Shown piece by piece: positions 33,054 to 47,355 of a DNA stretch of 64,000 nucleotides. Every line of letters begins with the position of its first letter. Within the stretch, counting starts at the first letter, position 1. The notes under the pieces were generated by a model. That model was not told the DNA's origin. It did no database searches and saw nothing but the letters and a program-made list of their open reading frames with translations. The position numbers were made by a program, and so were the translations under genes. Source of the stretch: Octopus vulgaris (Eukaryota); NCBI GenBank assembly GCA_951406725.2, contig OX597817.1, positions 56,606,001 to 56,670,000 of the forward strand. The letters are read 5' to 3'.

Positions 33054-33433
33054 AGTGGAAATATATCTATACATACATATACTAGTATGTAGATGCATAT
33101 ATATATATATATACATGTAGCATGTGTGCGTTTATAGATATGTAAATGTGTGTATCTGTGGTGTATATATGTGTGTAAGTGTGCCTGTGAGTACGTATTT
33201 CTATGTGTAAGTTTATGGATGAGCATTGACATGAGTTGGCAAGGTTACTTTCTAAAAGTACATTCGTTAGACAGAGAATTCCCTAACAGAAAAAAAACAG
33301 ATTGTTAAAGCTACGTATTGGAAATAAAGTTCAATTCTGATACACAAGCGTATGCACATGTATGTGCATCTAGGTGTGAGTGGAAATATATCTATACATA
33401 CATATACTAGTATGTAGATGCATATATATATAT
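33054..33433. repeat. About 55-bp direct duplication (33054-33108 and 33379-33433)
   Basis: agtggaaatatatctatacatacatatactagtatgtagatgcatatat occurs twice. Confidence 0.85.
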
Positions 33434-33766
33434 ACATATGTATATGTATATGTATATATATATATATGCATGTATGTATGTATGTATGTATGTATGTATG
33501 TATGTATGTATGTATGTATGTATGTATGTATGTATGTATATACATATATATATATATATATGTAGATATGAATGTATGTACGTATGTATTTGAAGAATTT
33601 AACATTGTCGTATGTGTATATGTTTGTATACGTGTGTGTGCTTGTGTGTGTGTGTGTATCTATTTATCTATCACTGTATTTCTTTCTCTGTCTCTCTGTC
33701 TCTCTATATATACATATCTACACGTATATATATATGCGTGTATATGTATATATGTGTATATGTATA

Positions 33767-33841
<75 letters not shown>

Positions 33842-33854
33842 GTATATATATATG

Positions 33855-33927
<73 letters not shown>

Positions 33928-33960
33928 ATATATATGTATGTATATTATGTATATATATAT

Positions 33961-34079
<119 letters not shown>

Positions 34080-34183
34080 TAGATTTAAAGAATTTAAGAT
34101 TCTGTCGTATCTGACGTATAAGTTCTTAGAAACCTGAGGCAAAATTATCGATTGCACAACAGCTGGTTGTCTTGGAAACGGTT

Positions 34184-34283
34184 CACTCGTGATCGCTAAA
34201 CTAGGACAATATCAGAAGTGACTCGTGTGGAATCGTCATAGCAACAGTATGATTTGGTTAGCTGCCACACTTAGTTAAATTAG
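34184..34283 (+). repeat. Dispersed repeat Z, second copy
   Basis: Homologous to 30720-30811. Confidence 0.7.
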
Positions 34284-34676
34284 GACAGCTTATTTTGCTT
34301 GCGATGTCAGAGAGCTTTTTATTGTGTTTTTGGTGACACATCCACCACCCTTCCGCTCAACCCGCAACCACAACACTCCTCCAACACCACCCCTGTCGTC
34401 GTCCGAGTCTTCGATCTCGTTATGATGAACGTCAGGGGATTTTGAAATATTCGATAAGTTTGATATGTAAAAGTATTTCTTAGACGTATAAAAATTCCAT
34501 TGAAAAAATGGCATATGTGTGTGACTGTGTAGGAGCGCGCATGAGTGTGCGTGTATGTGTGTTAATTTGTATATGCGTATGTATGTATGTCTGTATATAT
34601 ATATATATATATATATACGTGTGTGTGTGTATATTTGTGTGTGTGTGTATGCATGTGCGTATGTGTGCGTGTGTGT

Positions 34677-34908
34677 GGGGATGTTCAAAAAGTCTCTCCG
34701 TAGTATTTGACAGCAAAATAAAAGTTTATAAGATGGTATAAGACTACAAAAGAATATATTAGACTGTACAAGACTTCCAGAAACTTATATAAGACGTGTA
34801 GAAAGTGTCGTCCTTCACTTTCAATACGTAAGTTGACTCTTTCACTCATGTTTTGAAATACATCTTAGATGAAAAAAATTCACTGCGGAGAGACTTTTTG
34901 AACACACT
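34677..34908. mobile_element. Tc1/mariner-type MITE
   Basis: TIR tgttcaaaaagtctctccgtagt / actgcggagagactttttgaaca. Confidence 0.75.
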
Positions 34909-34913
34909 ATATG

Positions 34914-34950
<37 letters not shown>

Positions 34951-35064
34951 ATATTTCGAAATGGTCAATTTGCCAGTTTAGCCAATAAAAACACACGCAC
35001 TATATATTTAGTATTATTTTGCTTCAGTGTTATTTATTTTTTACATTAAACTTAATCTTATTTC

Positions 35065-35108
35065 GGCCAGAGATCTTTCGTCACACTCCTGTGACCGCAT
35101 CAGTGGTC
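35065..35108 (-). ncRNA. Minimal type I hammerhead variant (core CUGAUGC-G)
   Basis: gacca-CUGAUGCG-gtcaca-ggag-tgtgac-GAA-agatct-C-tggcc; perfect 6-bp stem II and palindromic stem III AGAUCU. Confidence 0.65.
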
Positions 35109-35404
35109 CTTTGTTTTCTTCTTTCTTATTTGTGTCTTTCCTTACTAACCGTCAGCCATTTTGTATTTCTATTGTATGTCTTCATTTGCGCATGCTTATA
35201 TCTCTATGTGCGTCTATGTTTATTTAGTGTGTGGGGGGGATGCCTGTAATATTTGTATTTTCTGTTTATATACGTTCATGTAATTTGTTTTTGTTTATAG
35301 ACGCACATAGAGATATAAGCATGCGCAAATGAAGACATACAATAGAAATACAAAATGGCTGACGGTTAGTAAGGAGAGACGCAAATAAGAAAGAAGAAAC
35401 AAAG

Positions 35405-35448
35405 GACCACTGAAGCGGCCACAGGAGTGTGACGAAAGAACTCTGGCC
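35405..35448 (+). ncRNA. Minimal type I hammerhead variant, mirror copy
   Basis: gacca-CUGAAGCG-gccaca-ggag-tgtgac-GAAA-gaac-UC-tggcc. Confidence 0.55.
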
Positions 35449-35612
35449 GAAATAAGATTAAGTTTAATGTAAAAAATAAATAACACTGAAGCAAAATAAC
35501 ACCAAATATATAGTGCGTGTGTTTTTATTGGCTAAACTAGTAAAATGACCATTCCGAAATATAACAATATCTGTTTCAACAAACGACTTCACAGGAAAAT
35601 CTTGCACAACAA

Positions 35613-35682
<70 letters not shown>

Positions 35683-35841
35683 ATTATAAGCATAATTATA
35701 ATTAGGGCTCAGCAAAATTGCTTCACCACATAATATATAGAATTTTTGTTTAAGGTTACCGATAATGGTTCTTTTAGCATACCGAACTACTTGGTAAAAT
35801 TATTAATTATTAATTGATTAATTAATTTTACTCTTTATTAT

Positions 35842-35906
<65 letters not shown>

Positions 35907-35981
35907 ATGTATGTATGTATGTATGTATGTATGTATGTATGTATGTATGTATCTATGTATGTATGTATCTATGTATGTATG

Positions 35982-36023
<42 letters not shown>

Positions 36024-36035
36024 CATATAATATAT

Positions 36036-36215
36036 GCCCTTCATCCTTTCGGGGTCGATTAAATAAGTACCAGTTACTTACTGGGGTCGATATAATCGAC
36101 TTAATCCGTTTGGCTGTCCTTGTTTTCGCCCCTCTGTGTGTAGGCCCTTGTGGGCAGTAAAGAAATAAGAAATGTTAGCACGCCGGGTGAAATGCTTAGC
36201 GGTATTTCGTCTGTC
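36036..36215 (+). mobile_element. SINE family A 3' half followed by a second head fragment
   Basis: gcccttcatcctttcggggtcgattaaataagtacc..cttgtgggcagtaaagaaata | gaaatgttagcacgccgggtgaaatgcttagcgg. Confidence 0.85.
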
Positions 36216-36804
36216 GGGAGTCAATGAATTAAATACCAAAATAAAATTTGGGATTTGCGGATGGTCAAAGTTGGTAGCAAAAACAGGACAGTGGAGACAT
36301 GCAACAAACGAAACAAAAACAAACACAGAGGGTCGTTAGGTCAGACGAAGTAAGATAGCGAACACTGGAGGGATATTCTTTCACATGAGAAAAGATAGAA
36401 GAGGAGACTGATAAGAATGCGTCTGGTCTGTACGACAGACTGAAGGGGAAAAAAGATGATCACGTGAGGAAAAGAAAGATGGATGATGGTCACGTATGAG
36501 GAAAGAGAGAGAGAGCAAAGGAGACGGGAGAGAGAGAGAAAAAACGGTGAAGAGGAGAAAAAAGAATTAGAGAAAGGATGAGAAAGAAAAAACCAAAGGG
36601 GAAGGGGAGAAAAAGGATTACAGAAAGGATGAGAACGAAACAAAAGGGGAAAGGGAGAGAACAGTACAGGGTCTAGTCGCATCAAAATTATTTAGATAAA
36701 CTTACTTGGAAATGGATGCGTGGCGTTCAATCAAATGACAATATAGATAATATATATTTATATATATATAAATATATATATATATGTATGTATATATGTG
36801 TGTG

Positions 36805-36858
<54 letters not shown>

Positions 36859-37412
36859 TATACATACATATATGTACATATATATGTATATATATACATA
36901 TATGGGTACAAGACGTCACATATGCAAAGGTATATATAGTGGGGTCGGGTGTATATATTAATACACATGCACACACACATACAGATGAATGTGTGCGTCT
37001 GTCTATCTGTATGCCTCTCTGTTTGTGTATGTGTGCCTGTCTGTCTGTTTGTTTATGTGTGTGTGTGTGACTATATATATGTGTATCTGTGTGTGTGTGT
37101 GTGTGTTTGTGTTTGTGCGTGAGGAGAGAAAGGGGGCCGGACATAGAAGCGGGCAAAAGATAAAATGAAAATCAGTACGGGTGTTTAATAGTAAATCACT
37201 TTATACGAATGCGGGTACACATTATGTTTATACATAGCAGTACAGGAAGTCAGTTTGCATGTGTAGAAGTATGTGAGTGTAGGGGAGGAGGGCTGCATGT
37301 GCGTCGACGTTTCAAACAAAGCAGACTCATCAGGGATTTAGAGACGCCAGTTTCCCGTTGTACTGCGCACTTCTGTCTCTGAACTCATTTGCCTCTTATG
37401 ATGCACACACAG

Positions 37413-37495
<83 letters not shown>

Positions 37496-37681
37496 TATAT
37501 ATATCTGCATATGTACACACACGCAAACACAGATATATATGTGTGTGTGTGTGTGTGTACAAATATATATATTTATATACATACATATATAGGTACATAT
37601 ATTCCAAATATACATGTATATATATGTCTGTATGTATATATATACTCATATATGCGCACGCAAAAACGCTCAGACACACAC

Positions 37682-37727
<46 letters not shown>

Positions 37728-37937
37728 GTGTGTGTGTGTGCCTGTATGTGTGTGAGTGTCGATATATGTGTCTGCGAGGGTGTATACGTATATGTGTGTA
37801 TACGTGTGTATACGTATATTTATGTTTCCATGCCTGTAGGTATGTATGGTTATATTGGAATGCATCTGTCTATCTATCTATCTATCTCTTTATCTATCTA
37901 TATATCTATTCATCTATATGTATATATATACCTACAG

Positions 37938-38025
<88 letters not shown>

Positions 38026-38560
38026 AGACCTCTGTAGAGGCGATGGTATCGGCCCAGATATCTTGCAGGAATTGTAACGGACTCAGATCAGATATAAATT
38101 TTAATATGAGAGAATGAATGGTAATAAAAATGCAATTAATTTTCCATCGTTAAATAAATTCATCGAATGTGTTCGGTTTATGAGGTACCTATTGTCTGTT
38201 TGATTATGGTCTTTTAGGAGACAGCACCAACATTGCAATATTGCTGGTCAATACATTCATACCCCACACATATACGCGAGTGTGTGTCTGTAGATGTGTA
38301 TGTGTATTTGTGTGTGTGTGTGTGTGTGTGTGTCTCTCTTTCTTTCTATATATATATATATGTATTTATATATGTATATATATATGTGTGTATACATATC
38401 TATGTATGTACGTATACATATATATATATATATGTATGTATGTGTGTATATACATATGTGTATATATATATATGTATATATACACACGTACGTATGTGGA
38501 TATATATATATATACACATACATATATACATCTATATGTACACATACATATATACATATA

Positions 38561-38622
<62 letters not shown>

Positions 38623-38781
38623 ATGTATATATCTTTGTCTTTATATGTATTCTCATATATATCTATGGGCGTATATTTATATAAATTTATACGTGCGTGT
38701 GTGAGTGCATCATACGTATATGTATGTCTGTTTAGGTGTGTCTATATATGTATGTATGTATGTCAGAGTTTTTATCGATAC

Positions 38782-38838
<57 letters not shown>

Positions 38839-39244
38839 CGTGTGAGCGCGCGCTCGCGCGTTTAATAACAGCTTTGTTGCATTCCCCTCCAAGTGCAATT
38901 GTAATATTTGTGAAGGAATTCACCCGAAACCTCACATTGCCCGGACCGCCGCCAAATTGGTTCACTGTTGCAACGCAATAAATTCCTACAAACACACACA
39001 CTCACACCCATATACACACACGCACACACACACGCACGCATAAACACATACACACGCATATACACGCACACGCACACACAAACACGCATACACACAAACA
39101 TGCATACCTATACATATATATATATAAATACACACACACATATATAATTATAAGTATATAGATACACATTCAGATATCTACACACATGTACATACAGATA
39201 TATATATATGTATATATATATATATAAATATATATATATATACC

Positions 39245-39388
<144 letters not shown>

Positions 39389-39533
39389 TACATACATATA
39401 TATATGCTCGCAGACTCTCATATATATTTTTTTTCTCCAATGTTTTCGAACTTCCTGTCCTTCTCTCATTATTCTCTTTATTTCTTCCACAACCGGTCAG
39501 TTTCCTTCTTTAAAATATTGCGGACAGTAATAA

Positions 39534-39579
<46 letters not shown>

Positions 39580-40325
39580 GTACACACACACACAAGTACA
39601 CACAAATTGCTCCCCTCACACTCCACTAACCAGACCCTCATAAAGATAACTGGTTTTGGCACTTTGTCTCTGCTACACTTAACATTATGCCACATACGCA
39701 ATATTGATGTCTTTCACTGTCTTTATTTTCGTTCTCCTCTGGCGTCTCTCTTCCTTAACTAATGCTGTCTTTCTTTCTATTTCTATTGAAGCAGCTGGCA
39801 CTGAAATCGTTTTGTACTCTATACATTTATCTACAAACATCCCAGTATAGAAATAGACTTCATTCATAAACCCAGGGGCTGCTTAAGATTCCACACTTTG
39901 TGATATGTCTACTTGCTATATTTGTTGCAACTGAGGATAAATTTATAGGTTTTGGCCAGTGTGCACTTACCATATCCAACTTGATGGCACCAAAACCCGA
40001 TAAAGTTTTAAGTCATATTTCGGGTCCCCATAGCCTACGCACTTAGGAAGGTATTATTGATGGTTTATGTAAAGGCGCATGTGTAGCTGTGTGGTCCGAA
40101 GCTTGCCTCCCAATCACATGGACTCTTATTCCTGTGACGCACTAAAAACACGATAAATATCGGAGGGAGACGAAAACTTCTACACACACCCCATCCCGTA
40201 CAGAATCTAATAAAATCAAAACATGGCCAGAGTTGTACTCCGTGTCAGCCAAACAACCCACTGACCGTATTTTTTATTTCCTGTTTAACCTTCTTGGACT
40301 TCGGAGCCATTTCAAAAACACGATA

Positions 40326-40716
40326 TCTCTCTATATATAAAGCTGAAGTTGCCTGTGTATGGCAGGTTTGGTAGCCTTCAACTAAAACTCTCTCCTCCGA
40401 GACCCTGCGGCGCAATTTGACCAAAATTGAGAGTATGATAGAAGAAGGCTTGCTCTTCCTTCCGTAGAAGAAAAAATTCAAATCGGACCATGTTAACACC
40501 AAAGATTATTTACATCAAAAAGGTGCTTTTTTTTCTATGAAAATCCCTATTTTTTACGATTTTTTGACTGCTGTGTCGCCATTTTTCGGTGTGTTTCAAC
40601 CAGAAAATTGTTCACTAAAGAAAATAACAAGCTACATAATGCAAAATTTTGACTTTTCAAAAATTCCAATTTTAAAGGGTCGAAACAAACCCGAGCAGCG
40701 CCGGGCGATACTGTTA

Positions 40717-40717
<1 letters not shown>
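40326..40717 (+). mobile_element. Non-autonomous Helitron
   Basis: A|TC..tatatataaagctgaagttg start; hairpin cccgagcagcgccggg; ends TTAG|T (CTAG variant). Confidence 0.8.
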
Positions 40718-40796
<79 letters not shown>

Positions 40797-40837
40797 ATAT
40801 ATATATATACATACATACATACATATACATACATACA

Positions 40838-40873
<36 letters not shown>

Positions 40874-41159
40874 TATTGCTAAATACATATACTAATGTAT
40901 ATGCTTCGTGTATTTTCCAGTGGCTGCAATGGCGTAGCGGAGTATATAACTCTCATGTCGCCGGTATTATAACACCTTAGAGACAAGGATAGGCGAGGTA
41001 ACTCACCTTCAATCCCATTTTGGAGTGATGAACATCGATGTTTCGCCATTTTTGTGGCTTATCAACACCACCTACCTGCCTGAGTTGAAAGCGAGTCATC
41101 TAGCCAGTGAAAGATAAAATATATCTAGAAGATTTTGCCCTTATAGTGTCTCAGCGGGA

Positions 41160-41335
41160 AGGCCCTTGGCTTAGTGGTTTGAGTGTTACACTCACAATCC
41201 TAAAATTGTGGTTTCGATTCCCGGATCGAGCTGTGCATTGTATTTTTGAGCAAAACCCACATTGCTCCAGTCCACTCAGCCGTAAATGAGTTCCATCAAT
41301 AGCTGAGAAGTTAACCCTGCGATGTACTGGCGTCA
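41160..41335 (+). mobile_element. SINE family D (tRNA head); a related fragment lies at 49778-49950
   Basis: tggcttagtggtt (A box), gtttcgattccc (B box), ttgagcaaaac..ttgctccagtccactca..aaccctgcgatgtactggcgtc. Confidence 0.7.
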
Positions 41336-42169
41336 AGATAATAAATAGCTTATTAACTCGACAGCTGTTTCAGGAAGCTCGAAATTACGTAATAATCGTA
41401 ATATTCATAATTTAGAAATGGAATGTTTAAAATGTTTTGGATATAGAATCAGTAAATGGACACACAGAGATATTATTATAAGTCTGGCTCCCATCATTCC
41501 TCTTAATGAAGGGAGCCGTGTGAGTTTATTTATGTCTGCGAGTATTTGGCTATCGAAAGCGCTAAGCAGTCTGGTTCTTCGAAATTTTCAAACATAAAAA
41601 TTGTTTATTCGTGGTTGATGGAGGAAAGAATATTCTTTATGCCTAAATTTACTTAGGTTTGTCTTTTTCTCTTACCTTTCTTTCCGTGTGAGATTTTGAT
41701 CTACATTTCGTTATCAAATAACAGAAGTTAAATAGAACCAGCGCGGGTGTTTAGTGTTGGCATAACGACCCTCCAGAACCACACGAGTTCACAGCGAGAA
41801 TCCTGCAAACCAAATACAAAAACGAAATACTATCATTTTAGGTAAATTCTTTATTTAGTCACTTCCACACTCTGATAAACAAAAGCTGTATCAACTGCAA
41901 AATCACTTGACATCTCGTGACATCACATGACATCACGTGACATCACATGACCACTGAGTTTACAGAAAGTTACTCGCTACTATAAGACTAATGGTTTACT
42001 GATTCCCGCTTGAACATGTAATGCATCAATACGTAAGCTATATTCACTCACGCACATACAAGCGCATACATACATGTGTGTGAGACATGTGTGTGAGAGA
42101 GTTACTTGTGTAATTGTGGACGTGTTTGTATGTGAAAGAGAGACTGTACGCAAAATATTATCTGTGTGT

Positions 42170-42213
<44 letters not shown>

Positions 42214-42504
42214 GTGTGTGTGTGTGTGTATTTGAATCACTTTGTTTGCATTTCTGTAAACCCGTATTTGAAATATATACCAACGCAAAAAGCTTGCTTA
42301 AATTAGTTCACTTTGAAAGCGTCGTAAGTGTTGGACCCTTGAATAAATTGCAACGACTAGGATGCATAATCGCATACGTGGCAATGTGCAGTTGCTGCAA
42401 TTGAAACATATGTTGGACATTGTTATATATCTATATGTTGTAGAAAACATTTTAATTAAAAGTTCTGGGTGCAAATAAATCACCACTTCATTTTCAATTA
42501 TATA

Positions 42505-42600
<96 letters not shown>

Positions 42601-42636
42601 TATATACATACGTGCATGTACATACTTACATCTATA

Positions 42637-42691
<55 letters not shown>

Positions 42692-42695
42692 AGGC

Positions 42696-43027
42696 ATAAA
42701 AAATACGAAGTACGAATACATGGAACATGAACTAGTCTTTCGATCAACGAAAGACACAAATGGGAAACAAAACAGACAACATAAAGAACGACCCTTCGTC
42801 AGTTGTTGGCTGTTTTTCTAGTCTCGTATTTCGAGCATTTAACAACAATATACACTATCGATGAAACAGTTGTTCACGCAAAGCAAATTAAATAAAATTT
42901 GGGATTTTGCGGAGGGTCAAAATTGGTAACACAAACAGGACAGTGAAAACAACTAGGAGTTCATATTCCATGTACTCGTACTTCGTATTTTTTGTTGTAC
43001 ACGATTCGTGACGTCCTGTTCCCACAT
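42696..43027 (-). mobile_element. Family Y cassette with about 37-bp inversion
   Basis: aaaaaatacgaagtacgaatacatggaacatgaac / gttcatattccatgtactcgtacttcgtatttttt; minus strand gaaa..aaacag-ccaacaa-ctgacga-aggg; body similar to 36225-36330. Confidence 0.6.
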
Positions 43028-43088
43028 ATGCATATATATATACGTATAGATGTATGTGCATATACATATGTATATATGCATATATATG

Positions 43089-43127
<39 letters not shown>

Positions 43128-43311
43128 AAAAAATATTAGGGAATAAATCCAAATTTACAGGGAAAAATCAGATTTAGGACTGAATCCAATTTTATAGTAA
43201 AATATCATATAATATTAATTAGAGACAAAACCACTATTATGCAAATCAAACAAAGAAAGACTTAATCCAATACATAAAAAATTTTATATAAATTAAATAA
43301 AATTAAATTCG

Positions 43312-43358
43312 CCACTACAATTGTTTCGTGTCTCTTCTAATGACATATCATCAGGTGG
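43312..43358 (-). ncRNA. Minimal type I hammerhead ribozyme motif
   Basis: ccac-CUGAUGA-t-atgtc-attagaaga-gacac-GAAA-caattg-UA-gtgg. Confidence 0.8.
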
Positions 43359-43886
43359 TATTCAGATCTAAAAATAATCAATATTTTAAGATATAAATAC
43401 TCCCACACATACACATACACATACAACTCTCATTCATTGTCTGTGTTTATGAATGAGAGTTGTATGTGTATGTGTGGGAGTATGAATAAGTAATGTGTAG
43501 AAGTATACGGCTACTTTATTAATTTATCGTTGCCTAGATGTTTATGTGTATGTATAGAGATATATATATGGGTGTGTGAGTTAGTGTATGTACTTAGATA
43601 TGTTTATATATATACTTAGATATATGGGTATGAGCATGTGTGTATATATATTTTACTTTTTTGCTTTTTGTTTTTTGAAATTAGATTCTTCATCTTTAAA
43701 TATGAGAACTTAAATACTAGGTTTCATTATATTCAATTGTTTATAGAGACTATTTTAGTTCTTGATTATATATAGATTATATATAGATTATATATATATT
43801 TTTTCATTGATAAATTTATATTATTTATATTTTTTAGTCATTATAAATTTATATCTTAAAATATTGATTATTTTTAGATCTGAATA

Positions 43887-43932
43887 CCACCTGATGAATG
43901 TCCTTAGAAGAGACACGAAACAATTGTAGTGG
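43887..43932 (+). ncRNA. Minimal type I hammerhead ribozyme motif
   Basis: ccac-CUGAUGA-atgtc-cttagaaga-gacac-GAAA-caattg-UA-gtgg; palindromic stem III ACAAUUGU, GUA site. Confidence 0.85.
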
Positions 43933-44025
43933 CGAATTTAATTTTATTTAATTTATATAAAAATTTTTATGTATTGGATTAAGTCTTTCTTTGTTTGATT
44001 TGCATAATAGTGGTTTTGTCTCTAA

Positions 44026-44102
<77 letters not shown>

Positions 44103-44309
44103 CATATATTTTTTTAATAATATATTATTATTAATATTAGGAAATCAATATCAAAACTCCTCAGAAAGATATACACGCGTGAAAATAGTTGTATTAAAAA
44201 TATATAAATAAATAAATATAAATATGTATAAAAATATATGTAAATATGTATAAGTATAAATATATAATTATATGACAGTTTAAAAGTTTTGAATTAATTA
44301 TTTAAGGCC

Positions 44310-44397
44310 TCTTACGATCGTTTCACAGAAGAGTTGTCCCTATAATGAAATCCTAAATTTATAAGCATTTATAGACAACGCTTTTGCTCTTCAGAGA
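44310..44397 (-). ncRNA. Type I hammerhead motif with long stem II
   Basis: tct-CUGAAGA-gcaaaag-c-gttgtc..gacaac-t-cttctgt-GAAA-cgatcg-UA-aga; palindromic stem III ACGAUCGU. Confidence 0.7.
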
Positions 44398-44688
44398 TAT
44401 AAAATTTGAGTTTTGTATAACATATCGAATGATATATATTTTTTTAATTTTAAGTAAAACTGTAAAATTGTGTTTGTTTGAAAGATAAATTAAAAATTAA
44501 AAATTACTACTTTTGATGAGTCTTTAAATCCATTTATACTTCCTTGGTTAGTCTTCTGCAATAATCCATAATATTCATATGTAAAATCCGTTATATTATT
44601 TTGTATTGCAAATATAGTTCATATAGTTAGTTTAGAAATGTGAAATTTGTATATACTTTAGTATGAGAATCTTGAAATTCATATGTCT

Positions 44689-44920
44689 TCTTGGTAATTC
44701 CTCTGTAGCAATCCATAATACTTTAGTATAAAATTCATTATATTATCCGGTAATCTAAATATAGTTCTTAATACAAAATCCAGTTATATTTTAAATTATA
44801 ACTTCACATATAATTTAAAATATAATTTGATTTTGTATTAGGAACTATATTTGGATTACCGGATAATATAATGAATTTTATACAAAAATATTATGGATTG
44901 CTACAGAGGAATTACCAAGA
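44689..44920. repeat. Inverted repeat with about 92-bp arms; the left arm also has a diverged direct copy 147 bp upstream (44543)
   Basis: tcttggtaattcctctgtagcaatccataat..aatacaaaatc / gattttgtatt..attatggattgctacagaggaattaccaaga. Confidence 0.85.
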
Positions 44921-46160
44921 CAAAAGTGTCATGGATTGCTTTTCGATATTTGCAGATTTAATATTGGTCACCAAGTAAATAAATCAAAATATCAGGATTT
45001 AGTCGACAAGGCCCACGTCAAGGGATAGCATGCGGCCTCATACCCCATTGAAGAAGATAGATCTTGTACCCAGACAACTGACGAAAGCCATCAAAGAAAT
45101 AGGCTCAAAGAACCCAGCTCAAAATGGCAATGCTTTGTAAGAGACCAGAAGTGGAAACCTTCTGCAGGTGAAAATTTACTCAGTTCTCACTGTCCCACTC
45201 AGGTGAAGTATACAGACTAAGGAGCAAAACACTTCGACCCTGAGATACCGGCTGAGGATACGAAAAGGGTTTCCAGCATTGCAATGGATTTAAAAGAGTT
45301 TACAAAACCTCTGAGCAACTCATGCGGTTTCTGCATGAAGTAAAGCATCTATGATGTTTATTTCATACACACATACACACGCGCGCACACACAGACACAC
45401 ATATATACATACTTACATACATACATATATGTTTGTGAGTATGTGTCTGTCTGTGTGTATGTAGGCATATAATCACATAATAATATATATGTATATGTAT
45501 ATATATACACACATGAATATAGATATGAGTATAGTTTTGCATGTATATGCAGGTTTATGTACATACATAAACATATAAAAAGAAAGCGGTAGACAAAACT
45601 ATAAAGAAATAACAAATATACATGCGTAGATAACTGCAAATGCCTATATATGAATATGCTTATGTATAGATATACGTGTGCGCGTATGTACGAGTGTATG
45701 TATGTATGTATGTATGTATGTATGTATGTATGTATGTATGTATGTATGTATGTATGTATGTATGTATGAGTGTATGTATGTATGTATGTATGTATGTATG
45801 TATGTATGTATGTATGCATGTATGTATGTATACAAGTTTCTGTTTGCCAGAACCGTTTTATCTCTTCGAGTGGAACTTTTCCCATTCTACACAGACCATA
45901 GAATTTGTGAGCGCCTACATTCTATTAAGTTGTCCAACTAATGATAAAATAAATGCAAACGGTAAATCTAAAGAGAAGACCAGTTAAGTCAGTGACCTCA
46001 GACATTTTCTGAAAAAAAAATAATTTTATTAAAGATTTTTTATGTAATTTTGGCGGGTAAATGTAGCGGTGGTGGGGCAAGTACTGGCGGCATGAATGAG
46101 ACATGTGTACACGTATGCACGTATATAGGTGCGTGTATGCGCGCGTGTGCGTGTGTATAT

Positions 46161-46202
<42 letters not shown>

Positions 46203-46358
46203 CATGTGTGTTTGTGCGTGTCTATGTGACGCTTGTGTGTGTGTTTGTGCGTTTAACCGTGTGTGTATTTATTTTTTGTTAAGTCGTATAGGACAAACTC
46301 TCACATTTTCACTCTCTTTCTCAATCTCTTGGTATGTATATAAATACAGGAATATACT

Positions 46359-46412
<54 letters not shown>

Positions 46413-46422
46413 TATATATGAT

Positions 46423-46485
<63 letters not shown>

Positions 46486-46526
46486 AGGTATATATAAGCT
46501 TATGCCCATAGATATATATACACCAT

Positions 46527-46594
<68 letters not shown>

Positions 46595-46790
46595 GGTATG
46601 TGCACAAGTATGTATATAAATGGTGTCTATGTATGTATGCTCCATGAGACATAGGTAACAGCTATAAAGCAGAACCGATTGAGACGCAATATAAGCAAGA
46701 TAATCATGACTGGCCTTCCATAGTATTGATTTTCTTTGATCAATGCTGGATTTATTGAATACATCAAAAGACCAAATGTTGGTGGCAGCA

Positions 46791-46821
<31 letters not shown>

Positions 46822-47276
46822 TACACACACACACACACACACACAGATTCATACGTGCACACATATATGCATAGATGTGTGTGTGTGTGTGTTTGTGTGT
46901 GAGACTGTATGTGTCTCTATATATATGTGTCTAAATATATTTGCTGTCTATTTTGCATATATATGTGTGTGTGCATGTATGTATGTATATATATGTATGT
47001 ATGTATATATACGTAAACATCATATATATATATGTGTATATGTATAAGTATATATATATATACATATATACATATATATACATATATATACATATATATG
47101 CATATATATATGAAATGTATTTATATATGTGTATGTATTTATATACATGTATATATATATGTGTGTGTGTATATAAATATACGTATATATATATACATAT
47201 ATGTGTATATACATATATGTGTATATATATGTATATATATGTATATATATATATGTGTGTGTATATATATATATAT

Positions 47277-47307
<31 letters not shown>

Positions 47308-47311
47308 CATA

Positions 47312-47355
<44 letters not shown>

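Larger units (their letters stand above)
34943..35570. mobile_element. Fold-back cassette, about 275-bp near-identical arms, each with an HHR variant
   Basis: 34943-35217 is the inverse of 35297-35570; the track ORFs 35027(+) and 35295(-) give nearly the same peptide. Confidence 0.9.
43212..44032. mobile_element. Fold-back cassette, about 186-bp near-identical arms, each with an HHR; nested hairpin at 43397-43483
   Basis: 43212-43398 is the inverse of 43847-44032; flanked by (TA)n. Confidence 0.9.

Noticed and set aside
37301-37348. Minus-strand ctgatga..gaaa-cgtc
   Set aside because: Stem II does not pair and stem I needs a large bulge; counted only as a degenerate relic
40245-40312. Minus-strand MAPKSKKVKQE peptide, NLS- or histone-like start
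   Set aside because: Stops after 21 codons and abuts a Helitron; no supporting homology or exon structure
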